Shown: one piece after another, positions 21,911 through 30,414 of the stretch | Numbering within the stretch: the first letter of the stretch is position 1 | Layout of the letters: every line of letters starts with the position of its first letter | Program-made: the position numbers and the translations under genes | NCBI GenBank assembly: GCA_963755715.1 | Contig: CAVWLW010000048.1 | Location: 1 to 39,605, forward strand | DNA length: 39,605 nucleotides | Direction: 5' to 3' | From: an uncultured delta proteobacterium | Lineage (GTDB): Bacteria; Desulfobacterota; Binatia; UBA9968 | Notes under the pieces: generated by a model | The model's input: the letters and a program-made list of their open reading frames with translations, nothing else | What the model was told of the DNA's origin: nothing | Databases searched by the model: none

Positions 21911-21939
21911 ATATTACGAATATGTCACAGTTTGTTCAA
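21911..21939 (-). promoter_or_regulatory. Putative sigma70 promoter of the FAH gene
   Basis: Minus strand TTGAAC-17 nt-TAATAT. The palindrome ATATT-acg-AATAT (21911-21923) overlaps the -10. Confidence 0.55.
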
Positions 21940-22041
21940 CAAAAATCGGCGAGATTCGGCAGGTGCAAACCGCTCATACGCAACGACGGTTCGGCGGCGT
22001 TGCCGGTTCACGAACTCGATGGAAAAAATGCCGCCAACAAC

Positions 22042-22704
22042 CTACCAGCGATCCTGACCCATCGACCAGCGATCCAAGCTGGCGAGATACTCACGGAACA
22101 GGACCATGCGCATCGCCACCGCGCGGCGCACCCGGTCCTGGCGGTCTTCGGTGGTCGCATAGCGTTTGAGAAATATCTGCGGCACGCTGCCGTGACCTTC
22201 TTCGTCCTCGGTGATCTTGCGATACGGCTGCTTGATCCACTCGGGAACGTCAGGCGACTTTAGACACATTTGAATGAGGTAATTGGCGACGGTTTCACCC
22301 GCTAGCGACAAGCCGGCGACACGCTCGCAGGTGTCGTTCAGTCCTTCCATCGCATTGAACATAGCAATCTGCGCCGGCAAAGGCTTGTAGTCGAATGGCT
22401 CGGCGCCAAGATCGCAAATCCGTTTGGTCAGCAACTGCGCATGCACCATTTCCTCGTGCGCCGACTCCGCCATCGTCGCTTTGACATCGATCTCCGGCGT
22501 CGTCTTGAGCCAAGTGCCGAATAAATCGGCAGCGCGCAGCTCGTTAAACAATCGGCTCTGCATGACGCGAATGCGTTCCTCATCCGAGCGCAGCGGAATG
22601 TAACTGTAAGCCGGTGGATTAGCGTCGAGCGAATGGCAAAACTCGCGCACCGGCGCGAGTATTTCGTTGAGAAACTCTTCGCTGTTCATGTAGATTAATG
22701 CCAT
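22042..22704 (-). CDS. Ferritin-like (carboxylate diiron) domain protein
   Basis: Complete E...ExxH...E...ExxH ligand set: FNE, EEMVH, AGE, DEEGH. The sequence looks helical. Confidence 0.8.
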   Translation of the reverse strand: MALIYMNSEEFLNEILAPVREFCHSLDANPPAYSYIPLRSDEERIRVMQSRLFNELRAADLFGTWLKTTPEIDVKATMAESAHEEMVHAQLLTKRICDLGAEPFDYKPLPAQIAMFNAMEGLNDTCERVAGLSLAGETVANYLIQMCLKSPDVPEWIKQPYRKITEDEEGHGSVPQIFLKRYATTEDRQDRVRRAVAMRMVLFREYLASLDRWSMGQDRW

Positions 22705-22706
22705 CG

Positions 22707-22730
22707 TCGATCTTCGATTCTCGATCCTCG
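22707..22730. repeat. Short degenerate heptamer tandem repeat
   Basis: tcgatct-tcgattc-tcgatcc-tcg in the gap between the VOC and ferritin-like genes. Confidence 0.5.
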
Positions 22731-22746
22731 GACTTGGGCTAGCCGC

Positions 22747-23460
22747 TTAGACCCGCCAACCCTTCTGCGAGATATCGATACCGTTGCCTTCGGGATCGTG
22801 GACGCGATATTCGGCGAAAGGAATCCGTTCCGGACGTGCCGCGCCGCGGCGCACGCCGGCCTTTTCGGCGCGCGCTTGCATTTCTTCGTTGCTTTTGACG
22901 TGAAAGCCGAAATGATTGAGCCCTATCGGCTCTTCCTTGCGCTGATATAAAAGCGCCAAGTTGAAATAGCCGTCGGAAACGAAGATCGAAGAGCGGTCGG
23001 TTTTTTCCACCTCTTTCATATCGAGAACCTTGCAGTAGTAATCTGCCATGCGCTGCGGATCGGGGGTGTACAGAGCGATGTGGCGGATCGGCACGGGGCG
23101 CTGCTCGTAGGCGACGTCGAAAGCGCGCCGGCAAACACCGACCGTGTTACCGTCGGGATCGCGCAGCTCAAATTCCACGCCGGTGATCGCGTCGACCTGA
23201 ATCAATTCCGATTCCTGAGCGCCAGCCTGGACCAACTTTTTTCCCAAGGATTCGACGCGGACGGTCTCGAAGCTCAGATGCTTCAAACCTTGCTTGTGCG
23301 GCTCCGCTTCCGGAACCAGCGCCAGATTAAAAGCTCCGTCCGAAAGAAACACCGCGCCTTTTGCTTCCTCGATTTTTTCGAGCTCGAAGACTTCCTGATA
23401 AAAAGCCGCGAGCCGTCCGGGATCTTCAGCCGCGATAACCAACTGGCGCAATTGTGGCAT
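22747..23460 (-). CDS. Two-domain VOC (glyoxalase/bleomycin resistance/dioxygenase) protein
   Basis: Internal duplication: FLSDGAFNLAL...GLKHLSF...RDPDGN versus FVSDGYFNLAL...GLNHFGF...HDPEGNGID. Confidence 0.9.
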   Translation of the reverse strand: MPQLRQLVIAAEDPGRLAAFYQEVFELEKIEEAKGAVFLSDGAFNLALVPEAEPHKQGLKHLSFETVRVESLGKKLVQAGAQESELIQVDAITGVEFELRDPDGNTVGVCRRAFDVAYEQRPVPIRHIALYTPDPQRMADYYCKVLDMKEVEKTDRSSIFVSDGYFNLALLYQRKEEPIGLNHFGFHVKSNEEMQARAEKAGVRRGAARPERIPFAEYRVHDPEGNGIDISQKGWRV

Positions 23461-23520
23461 AATCTTCGTGACCTACCTTCCCTGAAGATGGCTCGACACT
23501 AACACATTGGCGCATGAGAT

Positions 23521-26034
23521 TCACTGTAACAAAGACGACATCGACGGCGTCATCTTTTGCTCCGTCAAAGACGATCGGACCGGCACGAGCAGCTTGAATA
23601 CGCTGCCTACGCCCAACTCGCTCGACAGGCGAATTTCACCACCGAGCGCCGACGCCAGCTTGCGGCAAAGACCGAGCCCCAAGCCGGTACCGCCGTAGTG
23701 GCGCGTCGAGGAGCCGTCGAGCTGGCGAAAATCTTCGAAGATAATATCTTGATCTTCGCGCTTGATGCCGATGCCAGTATCGGCGACGGCTATTTCCAAA
23801 AACTCGCCGCCGCCTTCGCTGATTTCGCGGATCGATAGATCGATCTTACCCTTTTCCGTAAACTTGAGCGCGTTGGTCAAAAGCTGCACCAAAATCTGTT
23901 GCAGCTTCTGCCCGTCGCTTTCGATGGTGTCGATGGCGGATTCGACGTGAATGCCGAACTGAATGGGCCGCTCGCGAATGAGCCGCTGCGTCATCATTTC
24001 CAAGCCGGTCCATATTTCTCTGAGCTTGACGATCTCGAATTGCGCCGACGGCCCGTCGGCTTCCATGCGCGAAAAGTTCATCAAATTGTCCATCAGATTC
24101 GACAGCTCCTGGCTGTTGTTGACAAGCCGAATAAGGATATCGCGCGCGCCGCCGGTCAAATCCAAATCGCGCAAAATCTCGCTAAAGCCGATGATCGTGC
24201 TTACCGGGGTGCGCAGCTCATGGCAGATGTTGGCGACAAAGTCTTTCTTCACGCGGTCCATTTCGATCAGTTTCCGATTGCTGTTTTCGACCCGTTGATA
24301 AGCCTGGATCGATTCCTCATAGAGCCGGCCGTTTTCTAGCGACAACGCCAATTGGTCGGTGAGCGTCGCCAACAGACGGAAATCTTCGGCGCTGTACTCG
24401 TGACCCGAGCGCTTCGCACCGAATGCCACCGCGCCCCGGACTTGCCGTTCGTATACGAGCGGTAGCAACAGCTCGGCATTCCAATGCTGAAAAATTTCCA
24501 GCACCCGCTCTCGGCTTTCACGATAACGCGGATGGGTCGTCACTTCGGCGCGGGCCACGGCCCGATAGTCTGCGGCAGGCCAAATTTCGACAAGGCTCCC
24601 GGTTTCGGCCGAAATCGTGTCGATCCTCGGTGCCATCGCCTCGTTGGCCACGATCATGTACTCGGCGGCTTCTTTAGCTCGATAAACGATCACCGCACTC
24701 ACGATCCCAAGCGGCGCCGTGACCCGATCGATAAACCCCTTGGCCAATGAAGCGGCCGAGTCGAGGCTGCGCAGATAAAGACTGATTTCCGCTTGGACCC
24801 GCGCAGGATCGTAATCCTGGCGAAAAATATAACGATCGACCACTCCTTCCAACCAACGCAGCAGCGGATTGAACAGGGCGACGACGAGAATAGAGAAAAA
24901 GATCGGCACCAGCGGGTCTTTGGCGTAAGCGCCGATCCACGGCGCGACTAAAAATGCGATGACTGCGTAGATCGCTACCAACAAGCCTAACAGGGCGATG
25001 CGGCTCAAGCCGACCCGCAGGGCATTGCCGAGATCGAAGAGACTGTATTTCAGCAAGGCATACGCCACCGAAATGGGAAAAAAGATCGTCGGAATCAGCG
25101 CGAGATTGTACGGAATCTGAATTTGATACGTGCTCGTGAGCACCGTCATCAGCGCCGGAAGCATAAATCCCAAAAGCGCGCCGACAAACATGACGCGCAA
25201 ACGCGACCGGTCTAAGTCCGATTCGCTGCGGCGTAGAGCGTTTCCGGTAATCAACAGAAAACTTGCGGCGCCGATGCAGACGTAAACATAACCGGCGCGA
25301 AAATTGTGGATCCAGATCTCGGGCGGGCCGAAATAAGTCATGCTGTTCAGGAACCCCAGTGCCAGGCCGACGCCGTAGATAAGCGCGATGAAGCGGGGCC
25401 GAAGCAATCCGTGCGCGCTGCCGCTTCGCAGCATCAGTGCCAAATGGATGGCCGCACTCGGCGTGAGCGCCAATGCGAAGATGCGTAGCTCCTTCGGCAG
25501 CATCGCTTCGGTCATGAAATCAAACGTGGTCTGAAACCAAACGAAAACCGCCAAGACCATGAAGCAGAGCGGCAGCGCCACCGGGGATGACGCACGGTAA
25601 AAATAAGGAGCCACGCCGATCAGCAGAAATGCTAAGCCAATGATGATGTAAACACCGAAGCTCAATAGCCAGTCACGAAAACTAAAAGTCATCGTCGCTA
25701 CGGTATAGTCGCGCAATTGTGCATCGCGGATCACTTGGTAAGGAATGGCGCTACCCACCGGACTTCGACGTACGAGATCATAAAGCGCGGCGCGATCGCG
25801 CAGTGGGCGACCCGCTACGCCGACGATGCGATCCAAGGATTGCAGCCCGGCATTGGAGCCCGTCCAACCGGGCACGAAGTAGGGACCGACGGTGAGATTT
25901 TCATGGACGAAGAATCCTGGGAAGGGTTGATTGATCCAGCGGCTGGAGGAGAGAAACGATTCGCCGATGAGAAGGAAGCCAAATAGGCCGGTCAATAGAA
26001 GCAGCGAGTATCTTTGCCAGGTGTGATGACCCAT
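23521..26034 (-). CDS. Sensor histidine kinase with PDZ-like periplasmic domain, multi-TM region, GAF, HisKA and HATPase
   Basis: PDZ-like AGLQSLDRIVGVAGRPL, about 9-10 hydrophobic segments, GAF-like LLLPLVYERQVRGAVAFG...LALSLENGRLY, H-box CHELRTP, TNALKFT, DTGIGI and GGTGLGL. Confidence 0.92.
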   Translation of the reverse strand: MGHHTWQRYSLLLLTGLFGFLLIGESFLSSSRWINQPFPGFFVHENLTVGPYFVPGWTGSNAGLQSLDRIVGVAGRPLRDRAALYDLVRRSPVGSAIPYQVIRDAQLRDYTVATMTFSFRDWLLSFGVYIIIGLAFLLIGVAPYFYRASSPVALPLCFMVLAVFVWFQTTFDFMTEAMLPKELRIFALALTPSAAIHLALMLRSGSAHGLLRPRFIALIYGVGLALGFLNSMTYFGPPEIWIHNFRAGYVYVCIGAASFLLITGNALRRSESDLDRSRLRVMFVGALLGFMLPALMTVLTSTYQIQIPYNLALIPTIFFPISVAYALLKYSLFDLGNALRVGLSRIALLGLLVAIYAVIAFLVAPWIGAYAKDPLVPIFFSILVVALFNPLLRWLEGVVDRYIFRQDYDPARVQAEISLYLRSLDSAASLAKGFIDRVTAPLGIVSAVIVYRAKEAAEYMIVANEAMAPRIDTISAETGSLVEIWPAADYRAVARAEVTTHPRYRESRERVLEIFQHWNAELLLPLVYERQVRGAVAFGAKRSGHEYSAEDFRLLATLTDQLALSLENGRLYEESIQAYQRVENSNRKLIEMDRVKKDFVANICHELRTPVSTIIGFSEILRDLDLTGGARDILIRLVNNSQELSNLMDNLMNFSRMEADGPSAQFEIVKLREIWTGLEMMTQRLIRERPIQFGIHVESAIDTIESDGQKLQQILVQLLTNALKFTEKGKIDLSIREISEGGGEFLEIAVADTGIGIKREDQDIIFEDFRQLDGSSTRHYGGTGLGLGLCRKLASALGGEIRLSSELGVGSVFKLLVPVRSSLTEQKMTPSMSSLLQ

Positions 26035-26067
26035 GGAATGTCCCTCCAGCGCGAGCTCTCGACATCA

Positions 26068-26098
26068 GGCCTTTATAAGGCCGCTCGAAGACTGTCAA
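26068..26098 (-). promoter_or_regulatory. Putative sigma70 promoter and operator for the kinase gene
   Basis: Minus strand TTGACA-15 nt-TATAAA (short spacer). The palindrome GGCCTT-N3-AAGGCC covers the -10. Confidence 0.4.
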
Positions 26099-26221
26099 GG
26101 TAAGCTAATGTAGGAGAAGTCAGCGATGACAAGCACGCGCCCGAGGACAAGCTTGAATGAAAGCAGCGAATGCGCACCGGGCGCGAATCCGACTGGCTGA
26201 CAAAGTTGCGAAACCGGCAAG

Positions 26222-26746
26222 CTAAATCTTGGCGATGGTCTCGCTCGGCAAGACGATCCGGGTTTGACGGCCGAGGATCTCCAACAGTACGGCGACGCGC
26301 TCGCTGCCCTTTAGCTTTTGCTCGAACACCGCCTCGAGGCCTGAGAATGGGCCCTCATTGATGCGCACGGTATCGCCGGGCTTGGCGTTGACGGGATCGA
26401 TCTCCGCGACTCCGCCCGGACAACGTTGGCGCAACCCTTCGATGATATTTTCGCCGACTTCAGCAATGCGGCTACCGAAAGTGAGAAAATCCTTCACTCC
26501 GGGAGAGTAGCGCGCCGCTTTGCCAGAAGTCACCATGTCGAGACGGCAGAACACGTAGCCGGGAAATAGCGGCGCCAGCACCCAATGAAACCGGCTGCCG
26601 ATTCGCCGCCGCGTGCGCATCCACGGTAAGAACACTTCCAAACGAAAATCGGTCAACCGCTTTTCAACGTCCTTTTCGCGATTGACTTTGGTTTGAATTG
26701 CGTACCATCTGAGCCCAGGTTCGATCTGCAGTGCTTCTTGTCTCAT
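26222..26746 (-). CDS. NusG paralog, RfaH-like transcription antiterminator
   Basis: NGN domain (WYAIQTK, PLFPGYVF, SPGV) and KOW domain (PGDTVRINEGPFSGLEAVF...ERVAVLLEILGR). It is not in the secE-nusG-rplK context. Confidence 0.88.
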   Translation of the reverse strand: MRQEALQIEPGLRWYAIQTKVNREKDVEKRLTDFRLEVFLPWMRTRRRIGSRFHWVLAPLFPGYVFCRLDMVTSGKAARYSPGVKDFLTFGSRIAEVGENIIEGLRQRCPGGVAEIDPVNAKPGDTVRINEGPFSGLEAVFEQKLKGSERVAVLLEILGRQTRIVLPSETIAKI

Positions 26747-27068
26747 CAGAAATCAAGCAACCTCGTCAGTCAATTGTTCAACTCATGCCGCTTCACGGCT
26801 GCTTAGTCTAACAGACAAACGGGCGCATGATAACCGGCGCCGCTTTTCTTCACGGAAAAAGCGCCTAGCGCAAAGGATTGAATTTTCTTGACTTCGGCGT
26901 CAATTTGGGGTGCAATAGAGTCGTTGAGGCTGTGAACTGAAGACCCTGTGTGTTAACTTTCGAAGAGGCGCGTGGCTGCCCGACCAGGCAATTTGAAGGA
27001 GGTCGAATGCAAGCCTTGAAATACAACCGGTTCTCGGCACCCGTGATCCCCCCTTTTGCATTCGTCTC

Positions 27069-27085
27069 TTGGCAGTTTGCTTGCG
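27069..27085 (+). promoter_or_regulatory. Putative sigma54 (-24/-12) promoter of the prkA operon
   Basis: TTGGCA-GTTTGC-TTGC fits the TGGCAC-N5-TTGC consensus with exact GG-N10-GC spacing, ~155 bp before the ATG. Confidence 0.65.
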
Positions 27086-27240
27086 CAAGGTGATGCACGA
27101 CTTTAAAACATCGCCCGCGCCAGCTTCGCATTTCGTAGCAAGCATTTATCCCCTACTACATCCCATTCTTTTGAGTTTCCGCCACGGGGCATTTACACCA
27201 ACCATCGGCTATCGCATGATGATAAAGGGAGGCTGCTCCA

Positions 27241-29172
27241 ATGGACAATAAGGAATTCGAAGCTCTCATCAAGAAAGATCGCGACATGCATCAATCGCGT
27301 TCGTGGCGCGGCAACCTGCTCGGCTACCTGGAAAAGGTGAAAGCCGATCCAACGATAGCCAAGCTCTCCCATGCGCGGACGTACGATACGATCATGAAGC
27401 GGGGCGTGCGCGACATTCATGAGAACAGCGACCCGCACGTCAAACGGCTTTACAAAGATGAGTCGATCAAGCTCTTCGATTTTTTTAGCGACGAGTTCTT
27501 CGGCATCGAGAAAACCGTTTCGCAAATCGTGCGCTACTTTCATGCCGCCTCGCTCAAAGGCGAGGAAAGCCGCCAGGTCCTCTACTTGATGGGACCGGTT
27601 GGCTCCGGCAAAAGTTCACTGGTGGAAAAGCTTCACCGCGGCCTCGAGGAAAGCGAGCCGTTTTACGCCATCGAAGGTTGCCCGATGTTCGAGGAGCCGT
27701 TGCATCTGATTCCGCGCCATCTGCGCAAAGAGTTTGAAAAAATGCTCGGCGTTCACATCGAGGGCGATCTCTGTCCGGTCTGTCGCTACAAGCTGGTTCA
27801 CGAGTACGCCGGCAAGTACGAGGAGTTCCCGGTTTGCACGGCCGAATTCTCCAAACGCTCGCGCGTCGGCATCGGCGTGGTACCGCCCGTCGATCCGAAC
27901 AACCAGGACACCTCCGTGCTGATCGGCAGCGAGGATATTTCCAAATTGGATCTTTACTCCGAGGGCGATCCCCGAGTGTTGGAATTGAACGGCGCGCTCA
28001 ACATCGGCAACCGGGGTCTCGTCGAGTTTATCGAGGTGTTTAAAAACGAGATCGAATACCTGCACTGCATGATCACCGCAACTCAGGAAAAAGTAGTGCC
28101 GGCGCCGGGCCGCCACGGCCTGGTTTACGTCGACACGGTGATCGTGGCGCACTCGAATGAAGCAGAGTGGCAGAAGTTTAAAGCGGATCATACCAACGAA
28201 GCGATTCTCGACCGCATCGTCGTGGTGCGCGTGCCGTACAATCTGCGCCTCTCTGAAGAAGTCAAGATCTACCAAAAGATCATCCGCAACTCCGATTTCC
28301 GCGCGCACGTCGCGCCGCACACGTTGGAAGTTGCCTCCATGTTCGCGATTCTTTCGCGCCTCGAGCCGACCAACAAGTGCGACCTGATGACGAAGCTCAA
28401 ACTTTACAACGGCGAGGAGGTCATCGAAAAAGGCCGCACCAAGAAAGTCGACGTGCAGGAGCTGCGAGACGGCAGCAAACGCGAAGGCATGGCCGGTATT
28501 TCCACGCGCTTTATCATGAAGGCCCTGGACAACGCCCTCTCGGACAACCACGCCGGCAACTGCATCAATCCGATCAACGTGCGCGAAGCCTTTATTAACA
28601 TGGTCAAGGAATCGGACATGCCGGACGATACTCGAAAACAGTATCTGGAGTTCTTGCAGGACACCTTGCACAAGGAATATTTGGAGATTCTCGAAAAAGA
28701 AATCACCCGCGCCTTTGTTTACTCCTACCAGGAACAAGCCGAAGCGCTGTTTCAAAATTATCTCGATCACGCCGAGGCCTATGTCAACAAGAGCAAGGTC
28801 AAAGACCGCAACACCAAAGAAGAGCTGGCGCCCGACGAAGGATTCATGAAATCGATCGAAGAGCAGATCGCGATCATCGGTTCCGCGGCGGACGGCTTTC
28901 GCCAGGAAGTGATCGCCTATCTGTGGGCGGCCAACCGGCGCGGCGAGAAGATCGATTATCGCAGCTACGAGCCGTTGAAAGAAGCGATCGAGAAAAAGCT
29001 GATCACCTCGGTGCGCGATTTGAGCCGGGTCATCACTAAATCCCGCATGCGCGACGAGGAACAGTCGGAGAAATACGACGCTATGGTGAAAACCCTGCTC
29101 GATCACGGCTATTGCCCGAGCTGCGTCGATATGGTGCTCAAGTATGCGGCCAATAATCTCTGGAAAGATTAG
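27241..29172 (+). CDS. prkA: PrkA/YeaG family AAA+ serine protein kinase
   Basis: FFGIEK, Walker A GPVGSGKSS, CPMFEEPLHLIP, NNQDTSVLIG, NRGLVEFIEVFK, AHSNEAEW and REGMAGISTRF. Confidence 0.96.
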   Translation: MDNKEFEALIKKDRDMHQSRSWRGNLLGYLEKVKADPTIAKLSHARTYDTIMKRGVRDIHENSDPHVKRLYKDESIKLFDFFSDEFFGIEKTVSQIVRYFHAASLKGEESRQVLYLMGPVGSGKSSLVEKLHRGLEESEPFYAIEGCPMFEEPLHLIPRHLRKEFEKMLGVHIEGDLCPVCRYKLVHEYAGKYEEFPVCTAEFSKRSRVGIGVVPPVDPNNQDTSVLIGSEDISKLDLYSEGDPRVLELNGALNIGNRGLVEFIEVFKNEIEYLHCMITATQEKVVPAPGRHGLVYVDTVIVAHSNEAEWQKFKADHTNEAILDRIVVVRVPYNLRLSEEVKIYQKIIRNSDFRAHVAPHTLEVASMFAILSRLEPTNKCDLMTKLKLYNGEEVIEKGRTKKVDVQELRDGSKREGMAGISTRFIMKALDNALSDNHAGNCINPINVREAFINMVKESDMPDDTRKQYLEFLQDTLHKEYLEILEKEITRAFVYSYQEQAEALFQNYLDHAEAYVNKSKVKDRNTKEELAPDEGFMKSIEEQIAIIGSAADGFRQEVIAYLWAANRRGEKIDYRSYEPLKEAIEKKLITSVRDLSRVITKSRMRDEEQSEKYDAMVKTLLDHGYCPSCVDMVLKYAANNLWKD

Positions 29173-29219
29173 GGCGGTTCCACGACAAACCGTGATCGCG
29201 CCGCTTTTGAGGTGATCCC

Positions 29220-30404
29220 GTGGCCTCTACCATCTTTCGCCCGTACAATTCATCCTCCGCTCAGCGCAGCGATCGCAGTGCCGGCGATCGTTTGCGCCAC
29301 CGCCAAAAGGTGCGCGAGGCGATCCGCAACAACATCGCCGACATCATCGCCGAAGAGTCGATCATCGGCAAAGACAGGAATCGAATCATCAAGGTGCCCA
29401 TTCGCGGCGTCAAAGAGTATCGCTTCATCTACGGCGAGAACGCTCCCGGCATCGGCCAGGGCGGCGACGGCGAGCCCAAGCCCGGCGATGTATTAGGTCA
29501 GGGTAAAGACGGCAAAGGCGGCCAGCAGGCCGGCGACCGGCCCGGCATCGACTACTACGAGACCGATGTCAGTCTGGATGAATTGATCGATTTGATGTTC
29601 GAAGATTTGGAGCTGCCCGACATCGAGCGAAAACGGCTGCGCCAGATCGAGATCGAGCGCCAGTTCCGTCAGAAAGGGTTCCGCCGCAAAGGCATTCGTG
29701 TGCGTTTGGATAAAAAGCGCACGGCGCGTTCGCGCGTCAAGCGCAAGAAAGCTTCGATCAAACATCATCCGGGTGTTCCGCCGCCGGCGCGCTTTCCCTT
29801 TCACGAAGACGATCTGCGCTACCATCACACGATCACCGACACGCGCAACGAATCCAACGCGGTCGTGCTCTGCATCATGGACACTTCCGGCTCCATGGAT
29901 ACGATGAAGAAATATCTGGCGCGCAGTTTCTTTTTCCTTCTCTATCAGTTTCTTTGCACGCGCTATCAAAACGTCGAGATCGTTTTCATCGCGCACCACA
30001 CCGAGGCGCACGAGGTGACCGAGGAAGAATTCTTTCACAAGGGCGAGTCCGGCGGCACTTTTATCTCGTCCGGTTACAACAAGGCGCTGGAAATCATCGA
30101 GGCGCGCTACCACCCGGCCTTGTGGAACGTTTATGTGTTTCACTGCTCCGACGGCGACAATTTCGAGTCGGACAATGAAGCCGCGTTGAAGGCCGCCAAG
30201 GAGCTGACGCAGACCGCCAACCTTTTCGGCTACGGCGAGATCAAGCCGCTCGGCTCCGGCTATTACGGCAGCAGCATGATCACGTTTTTTTCGCAGATCC
30301 AGGAAGCGAATTTCCAGACCGTGCAGATTCAAAAGAAAGAAGATATTTGGAATTCCTTCAAAACTTTTCTGAGCAAGGACCGCGCTCGCGAAGACGCCGC
30401 ATAA
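29220..30404 (+). CDS. yeaH: YeaH/YhbH (DUF444) vWA-like protein
   Basis: DRLRHRQKVREAI, EYRFIYG, MIDAS-like MDTSGSM, FFHKGESGGT and HCSDGDN. GTG start. Confidence 0.94.
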   Translation: MASTIFRPYNSSSAQRSDRSAGDRLRHRQKVREAIRNNIADIIAEESIIGKDRNRIIKVPIRGVKEYRFIYGENAPGIGQGGDGEPKPGDVLGQGKDGKGGQQAGDRPGIDYYETDVSLDELIDLMFEDLELPDIERKRLRQIEIERQFRQKGFRRKGIRVRLDKKRTARSRVKRKKASIKHHPGVPPPARFPFHEDDLRYHHTITDTRNESNAVVLCIMDTSGSMDTMKKYLARSFFFLLYQFLCTRYQNVEIVFIAHHTEAHEVTEEEFFHKGESGGTFISSGYNKALEIIEARYHPALWNVYVFHCSDGDNFESDNEAALKAAKELTQTANLFGYGEIKPLGSGYYGSSMITFFSQIQEANFQTVQIQKKEDIWNSFKTFLSKDRAREDAA

Positions 30405-30414
30405 CCGCATCCCT

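Noticed and set aside
26940-27050. 6S RNA (ccctgtgtgtt...cggcaccc resembles 6S termini)
   Set aside because: It is too short (~110 nt versus ~180), the terminal stem does not close, and the usual zapA/ygfA context is absent. It is kept only as a generic structured candidate.
26747-27240. ops/JUMPstart element for the RfaH-like protein
   Set aside because: I found no GGCGGTAG on either strand in this region.
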